22,512 nt of DNA from an uncultured bacterium (GTDB lineage: Bacteria; CSSED10-310; CAZUFC01): the NCBI GenBank assembly GCA_964619725.1, contig CAZUFC010000129.1:1-22512 (forward strand). Direction: 5' to 3'. This document shows, piece after piece, positions 17,983-22,512 of this stretch (the stretch's first letter is position 1; each line of letters opens with the position of its first letter). A program made the translations under genes and the position numbers. The notes under the pieces were generated by a model. It made no database searches. It saw only the letters and a program-made list of their open reading frames with translations, and was not told the DNA's origin.

Positions 17983-18630
17983 ATGATGAGCAAAAAAGCG
18001 AAGTTGAACATTCTGAATTACCATCAGGATGACGAGATACAAAAAGAAGCCGAAAGAGAGCAAAAGCCGAAATTAAAAATATACATACCGGCGGAAACAT
18101 GCGTAGTCCTGGGACGGGGCAGCGATCCCGAACGGGAATTGAATATTGAAAATTGCCTTAAAGACAAAATGGTTCTGCGTCGGAGAAAGGGCGGCGGCTG
18201 CGCCGTAGTCATTGATCCGGGAAACGTCATATTGTCCATCGCTTTACCTGTTCCCGGAATCAGAGACAGCATGAAGCATTTCGAAAGCATCTCCAGCATG
18301 CTGATCAAGGCTTTCGATAGAATAGGATTTCCGAACGTTTACAGGGAAGACAAATCCGACCTCGCTATTGACGACAGAAAAATCGCCGGCGCTTGCATCT
18401 ACCGAAAGAAGGGCCTGCTGTCATATTCCACCTCAATCCTGGTCGATCCCGATGTCGAACTGATGGAACGATACCTCAAACATCCGCCCAGAGAACCGGA
18501 CTACAGGAGAAAAAGAAGTCACAGAGAGTTCGTCGGCGCTTTAAAAAATTTCTGCCGTTTTACGGATATTCAATCTGTTATGTATGATTTGGAGACGGAG
18601 TTGAAACGGAGCATCAGCGGCTTAAGTTAG
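17983..18630 (+). CDS. Lipoate-protein ligase family protein (BPL/LPL catalytic domain only, LplA/LipM/LipL-like)
   Basis: VVLGRG, LRRRKGGGCAVVIDPGN, SDLAIDDRKIAG; adjacent to the pdh operon. Start is uncertain (17956/17983/17986). Confidence 0.85.
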   Translation: MMSKKAKLNILNYHQDDEIQKEAEREQKPKLKIYIPAETCVVLGRGSDPERELNIENCLKDKMVLRRRKGGGCAVVIDPGNVILSIALPVPGIRDSMKHFESISSMLIKAFDRIGFPNVYREDKSDLAIDDRKIAGACIYRKKGLLSYSTSILVDPDVELMERYLKHPPREPDYRRKRSHREFVGALKNFCRFTDIQSVMYDLETELKRSISGLS

Positions 18631-18748
18631 CTAGTGACTGTCCAGCATTAAATTTTGAATCGAGAATCGAGTTTATGGACAGGCACTAGCTAGTGTCTGT
18701 CCAGCACTAAATTTTGAATCGAGAATCGAGTTTATGGACAGGCACTAG
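18631..18748 (+). repeat. Repeat family A: two tandem 59-bp MITE/REP-like units (18631-18689, 18690-18748)
   Basis: CTAGTG(A/T)CTGTCCAGCA(T/C)TAAATTTTGAATCGAGAATCGAGTTTATGGACAGGCACTAG. Two mismatches between the units; terminal inverted repeats CTAGTGNCTGTCCA/TGGACAGGCACTAG. Confidence 0.92.
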
Positions 18749-18753
18749 TAAGC

Positions 18754-18927
18754 GGAATTGATCAAAAAAGCCTCTTTTGAGGTTACAATGCGACAGAATC
18801 GTCTGTCATTTTGTTTCGATTTCGATCACGATTGCGATACCGACCCCGATACCTATTGCGATGTCGACACAAATCGTCAAAATTTTTGAAATAATTGTAA
18901 CCCCGGCTTGATCAGTCCCAAAAATTG
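18754..18927 (-). repeat. Repeat family B, copy 4 (apparently full length)
   Basis: Ends GGAATTGATCAA...GGTTACAAT / ATTGTAACC...TTGATCAGTCC form nested inverted repeats around a hexamer-repeat core (CGATTT, CGATCA, CGATTG, CGATAC, CGACCC, CGATAC). Confidence 0.85.
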
Positions 18928-19002
18928 CTAATTACTTTGACGATACCGTGATGTTCAGCTTGAGTTAATTGGCATTTCAACGTCATTAACCTAAAATTTT
19001 TG

Positions 19003-19030
19003 TGCACGTGTCTTACGTGTTTCACGTTAA
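19003..19030. promoter_or_regulatory. Candidate autoregulatory operator of the TA pair
   Basis: Three ACGT cores at a 9-bp period (19006, 19015, 19024): CACGTGTCT-TACGTGTTT-CACGTTAAT. Confidence 0.55.
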
Positions 19031-19052
19031 TGAAGTGAAAGGTTGATGTCTT

Positions 19053-19286
19053 ATGAAACAGAACATTACGCTCAGTATCGACAAGGAACTAATAAAAAAG
19101 GCCCGAGTGTTGGCTGCTCAACGCCAGACATCAGTCAGCCGCATGCTCAGCAGGGAATTGGAAAGGATCATTGAGGAAGCCGAGGGCTATGAAATAGCGA
19201 AAAGGAAAGCTCTGGAGTTTACAAAAAGAGGATTTGATCTGGGTGGCGAGATTCGCGTTACGCGAGAGGAATTACATGAAAGATAA
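19053..19286 (+). CDS. Ribbon-helix-helix (CopG/DUF6364-like) antitoxin
   Basis: MKQNITLSIDKELIKKARVLAAQRQTSVSRML (RHH pattern), C-terminal TREELHER; overlaps the PIN gene. Confidence 0.85.
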   Translation: MKQNITLSIDKELIKKARVLAAQRQTSVSRMLSRELERIIEEAEGYEIAKRKALEFTKRGFDLGGEIRVTREELHER

Positions 19287-19710
19287 AATATTCGTGGATA
19301 CTAACATCCTGATATATGCTCACGATTCAACCGCAAGAGAAAAATATAAGAAAGCTTCGGAAATAATCGGCGACCTCTGGGCAAATAAAACCGGAGTTAT
19401 CAGTAATCAAGCGCTGCAGGAATTTTATGTGAATGTTACCGGAAAAATATTGAAGCCGCTTTCTTCAGCAAGTGCAAGAGCGATAATAAAAAATTATATG
19501 GTCTGGCATGTTGAATTGAACAGCCCGGAAAATATTGTATATGCCTCAGAAATCGAAGAACGATATCAATTATCATTTTGGGATTCGCTTATCATCGCAG
19601 CAGCAGCGAAAGCGAATGCGAGTAAAATCTTAACTGAGGATTTAAATGCCGGACAAATAATTGAAGGAATTCTGATTGAGAATCCGTTTTACGGCGCTCA
19701 TCAGAGATGA
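19276..19710 (+). CDS. vapC: PIN-domain (VapC-like) toxin
   Basis: IFVDTNILIYA, QALQEF, LSFWDSLIIAAA, ILTEDL; GAGG RBS before ATG 19276. Confidence 0.9.
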   Translation: MKDKIFVDTNILIYAHDSTAREKYKKASEIIGDLWANKTGVISNQALQEFYVNVTGKILKPLSSASARAIIKNYMVWHVELNSPENIVYASEIEERYQLSFWDSLIIAAAAKANASKILTEDLNAGQIIEGILIENPFYGAHQR

Positions 19711-19781
19711 TCAGCCGAGGATTGCCGTTTTAATTGAAGTGTGGAGGGGTTGCCGTGTCTGTTGTTTCCTGGATTATTTAT

Positions 19782-20954
19782 TTAAACAGATAACCCGTGA
19801 CGCTGACGCTGAACTGAAGCAATGAACATATTGCCGTCTCTGTCATCGATAAAGTTGATTTCAGGCCAGGCTTTCAGCGCTCTTTTAATGCCTGAGCCCA
19901 ATCCACGGTAAGGAAGAAGTCCCTTGGCGACGTGAGAAGCAATAACAGGATTGCGAATGTTTGAAATACCAGTTTTAATCTTGTCGACAGTAAGATTATT
20001 CGGAAGGTGTCCGGGACTGGCTATTTCAATGCGGTCATCGAACACGAAAAGCCTGACAGGCGCACTAACCAAATAATCGCGGTGGACGAGAGCATTGATC
20101 GTCAATTCCTCAAATACCAGCATGGGTATTTCTGAAACTCCCGGCGAGTTGACGCCGCGGCCAGCCTGAATCTTGTGCAGATTTCTGCCGATAAAGGAGA
20201 TGGATTCGTCGAACTGTTTCCGGAGCGGACCATAAAAATCGTCTGAATCATGGTATTCGCTCAGATGAATATCATTGCCGGGGTAACGAACGGCTTTGAT
20301 TATAAACTGAGGCTTGAATCGCTCCGGCTGTTCACCGAAAAGAAGTAAACCGGCGAGATTCAGAGTTCCCCTCTCATCGGCCAGATTGAGATTCTGCAGA
20401 AGTCTTATCAACTCGTCTTCACTTTCAGGGTATTCCCACTGATATACCGCCTTAAGATATTCTCGAAAGCGCAGCTTATCCAGCGCACTTACTTTTGGTT
20501 TCGTAGGAAGTTCATCAGCGTAAAACTGATCGGTCATTTGAAAAAGACGCCTTAACTCCTCTTTTGTATTAACCCTGCGTTTATCTGCACCCACCTTGAG
20601 CCAGATAACTCCGTTTTTATCGAAGTAAGGCTTGTCGATACCTCTCGGTATTTTTACTTCAATCACGATGCGGTCCTCGTCAACCCTGACGTTTTCTGTC
20701 TGCACGACCAGGGGGCTTCGTACCAGGTGGGCGGCGGCATTGCTTATGAGTTGATTTATTCGTCGAACATTCTCGTTGTCAAGACCTTGTATCGAACCGG
20801 AATCGGTAACTCCCAGCAGTATTATTCCCCCTTCAGAATTGGCGAAAGCCGCCATTTCCGACGCTAAAGAACCGGCATTACGCACATCCTGCTTGAATTG
20901 TCGAGAACTGTCCTCTCCCAATTCGACCATATGCTTTAACTCGTCAAGGTTCAT
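19782..20954 (-). CDS. AlbA_2 (Schlafen-like) + HATPase_c_4 domain protein, no evident C-terminal HTH
   Basis: GEDSSRQFK, AAFANSEGGIILLGVTDSG (AlbA_2); ELTINALVHRDY, IEIASPGHLP, RNPVIA, GLGSGI (HATPase_c_4). Confidence 0.88.
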   Translation of the reverse strand: MNLDELKHMVELGEDSSRQFKQDVRNAGSLASEMAAFANSEGGIILLGVTDSGSIQGLDNENVRRINQLISNAAAHLVRSPLVVQTENVRVDEDRIVIEVKIPRGIDKPYFDKNGVIWLKVGADKRRVNTKEELRRLFQMTDQFYADELPTKPKVSALDKLRFREYLKAVYQWEYPESEDELIRLLQNLNLADERGTLNLAGLLLFGEQPERFKPQFIIKAVRYPGNDIHLSEYHDSDDFYGPLRKQFDESISFIGRNLHKIQAGRGVNSPGVSEIPMLVFEELTINALVHRDYLVSAPVRLFVFDDRIEIASPGHLPNNLTVDKIKTGISNIRNPVIASHVAKGLLPYRGLGSGIKRALKAWPEINFIDDRDGNMFIASVQRQRHGLSV

Positions 20955-21059
20955 TTATTGCAGATTCTCCTGAAGTATTCCGAAGCGGCGCTCTAAGATT
21001 ATCGTCAGTTTCAATCCGACAAGAAGAACATGATCAATTTCGGTCATCCTCTTATTCAT
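20955..21059 (-). CDS. 34-aa leader ORF or gene remnant abutting the AlbA_2 gene
   Basis: MNKRMTEIDHVLLVGLKLTIILERRFGILQENLQ*; GGAG upstream; its TAA is directly followed by the next ATG. Confidence 0.4.
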   Translation of the reverse strand: MNKRMTEIDHVLLVGLKLTIILERRFGILQENLQ

Positions 21060-21082
21060 GCAGATAACCGCTCCAGATCAAA

Positions 21083-21112
21083 ATGATACTATAACGCTTT
21101 TCAAATAGTCAA
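21083..21112 (-). promoter_or_regulatory. Sigma70-type promoter for the leader/AlbA_2 unit
   Basis: TTGACT-18 nt-TATCAT on the minus strand. Confidence 0.5.
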
Positions 21113-21191
21113 TAACCGAACATTAATGCAAAGCAGGAGGAAACTTCACCCCGGAAAAAATTGGGGAACTGTGATGCCGGAAAGTTTTTAA

Positions 21192-21250
21192 TTAGTGCCT
21201 GTCCATAAACTCGATTGTCGATTCAAAATTTAATGCTGGACAGCCACTAA
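21192..21250 (-). repeat. Repeat family A, inverted 59-bp copy
   Basis: Reverse complement TTAGTGGCTGTCCAGCATTAAATTTTGAATCGACAATCGAGTTTATGGACAGGCACTAA is nearly identical to 18631-18689. Confidence 0.92.
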
Positions 21251-22329
21251 TTAATTATTTGCCTTTTCATAATGATAAGAAGACTGGTGCAAATGACCAG
21301 AATAATGAGGGCGAACTTTCCGGCAGCCGGCACAACAGGCGCTTCAGGATGGAACCATAAAAGCGATTCGGCGCCGCCTCCGTCAATCGTAAGAAAGAAC
21401 CAGGCGTAAGGTTCATCTGGCATAGTCCCGGCGAATCCTTCCAGGTTGCCGTCACATGGCCCCTCATAAACGACGACTTCGGTCAACTTACGATCCGGTC
21501 CCGTAAGATATGATGACAATTCCGTTATTTCCAGATTATTCCATCCTCCGCCGTGCCAGATGTACAAATGATGGGCAGACCGATCGAATTCAAGGCCGGC
21601 GCTTTCGTTGTAACTTGTCGCATATTCGCCCACAAAGTCAAATGTCCCGTCAGAACGATTCAGGTCGAAGACGTAAATTTTGCCGCCGTTCTGATGAGCC
21701 GCAAACATTAGTCCGTTCATCCCGTTAGCGCTGATGCGGGGCAAGCCTTCGCCGTCCACAAAACCGCCTGCCGCCAATGATTCGTCCGGAACAAAAACGA
21801 TTCCTTCCGCTCCGGACCCGCCGGAGGTGGGAATATATGAGGAGATATCCCACGAATTATTGACAGCGATCGTCCCATATTCCGAGACGTCATACTCACG
21901 AATAGCCTGGGCATCTTCAACGATGCCGTAAACGACATCCTCGGTGAAATCGGCTTGAGTCACGCCTTCCAGGTCGCCGAAACCTGTCCATTCGCCCCGT
22001 TGACCCTCTCGATAATCGATTGCGAAATCGCCGTACCCGTTCGCTTGAATAACCCACAATTTGGAACCGGCGCCGCCCGGACCGTTTCTGCAAACCCAAA
22101 GAGTTTCATCCAAAGGATTCCAGGATGCCCCGCTCATATCGACGTAAAAATCGTTGGGTTCAGGCCCCTCAATGTCGGTAATGTTAGTAGGTTCTCCCCA
22201 AGGCCAGGGCTCCTGGGCGAACGAATCAAAAGGGCAAATGATAAGGCAGAAACCGATAATGATCAAAAAAACTGAAATACGCAAAAACAGCGAGTTTACG
22301 GTCATCAATGCCTCATGGTCTTGTTTCAT
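21247..22329 (-). CDS. Secreted acidic beta-propeller-like protein (SdiA-regulated/phytase-like) with IPTL-CTERM-like C-terminal anchor
   Basis: Signal peptide ending SFA; repeated blade-like motifs DMSGASW, DLEGVT, GAEGIVF, ESAGLEF, NLEGFA; C-terminal VPAAGKFALIILVICTSLLIIMKR. Confidence 0.75.
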   Translation of the reverse strand: MKQDHEALMTVNSLFLRISVFLIIIGFCLIICPFDSFAQEPWPWGEPTNITDIEGPEPNDFYVDMSGASWNPLDETLWVCRNGPGGAGSKLWVIQANGYGDFAIDYREGQRGEWTGFGDLEGVTQADFTEDVVYGIVEDAQAIREYDVSEYGTIAVNNSWDISSYIPTSGGSGAEGIVFVPDESLAAGGFVDGEGLPRISANGMNGLMFAAHQNGGKIYVFDLNRSDGTFDFVGEYATSYNESAGLEFDRSAHHLYIWHGGGWNNLEITELSSYLTGPDRKLTEVVVYEGPCDGNLEGFAGTMPDEPYAWFFLTIDGGGAESLLWFHPEAPVVPAAGKFALIILVICTSLLIIMKRQIIN

Positions 22330-22420
22330 CAGCAGGCAATCCTTTCCGCCCGATCTGACCGGCGCTCCTCATAACTCGGGAACTGGGCAATTACGGTTTG
22401 ACGAAGAATCCGGTTGCTAA

Positions 22421-22512
22421 TTAGTTTTTATCCATAAACGGCGAATTTTCCCAAATGCTGCGTCAGGCTGCGGATTTGCTCAGTCAACGTATAAGCAATA
22501 TCCCTACCTCGC
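22421..22512 (+). repeat. Probable start of a longer family-A-related element, cut by the window edge
   Basis: TAATTAGTTTTTATCCATAAAC resembles TAATTAGTGCCTGTCCATAAAC at 21189-21210; the internal sequence differs. Confidence 0.5.

Noticed and set aside
17745..18032. 95-aa ORF between lpdA and the ligase gene
   Set aside because: Pro/Ser-rich translation of the octamer repeat, overlapping the ligase start, with no family motif. It cannot be fully excluded.
18631..18748. Mini CRISPR array
   Set aside because: The two units are near-identical over their whole length, with no unique spacers and no cas genes in the window.
18631..21250. Integron attC sites (59-base elements) flanking gene cassettes
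   Set aside because: Despite the 59-bp length, family A lacks RYYYAAC...GTTRRRY cores. Family B has GTTAC...GTAAC in the opposite order. Copies are inverted rather than direct, and no integrase is present.

Overview
Bacterial chromosomal window, with no rRNA, tRNA, CRISPR array, integrase or transposase visible. Housekeeping blocks alternate with accessory blocks. Left to right: (1) the 5' part of a large secreted/membrane-anchored hypothetical protein on the minus strand, absent from the ORF track; (2) an FKBP/SlyD-type and a parvulin/PrsA-type peptidyl-prolyl isomerase; (3) a secreted FN3 + metallophosphoesterase split by one in-frame TAG; (4) a small membrane protein; (5) a RecQ-helicase-PRTase + DprA-like pair (PsyrTA/RqlHI-type toxin-antitoxin/defence module); (6) a secreted collagen-like fibre protein with 51 Gly-X-Y triplets; (7) rlmD; (8) a pdhA-pdhB-pdhC-lpdA 2-oxoacid dehydrogenase operon plus a lipoate-ligase-family gene; (9) an RHH-antitoxin/PIN-toxin pair; (10) an AlbA_2(Schlafen)-HATPase_c_4 protein with a small coupled leader ORF; (11) a secreted beta-propeller-like protein with an IPTL-CTERM-like tail. 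The intergenic DNA carries two families of MITE-like repeats, a 59-bp family A and a ~170-bp family B. Inverted pairs of these bracket the two most accessory-looking cargo blocks: the collagen fibre gene, and the TA + Schlafen-like genes. All product calls come from motif recognition by eye, not database searches.
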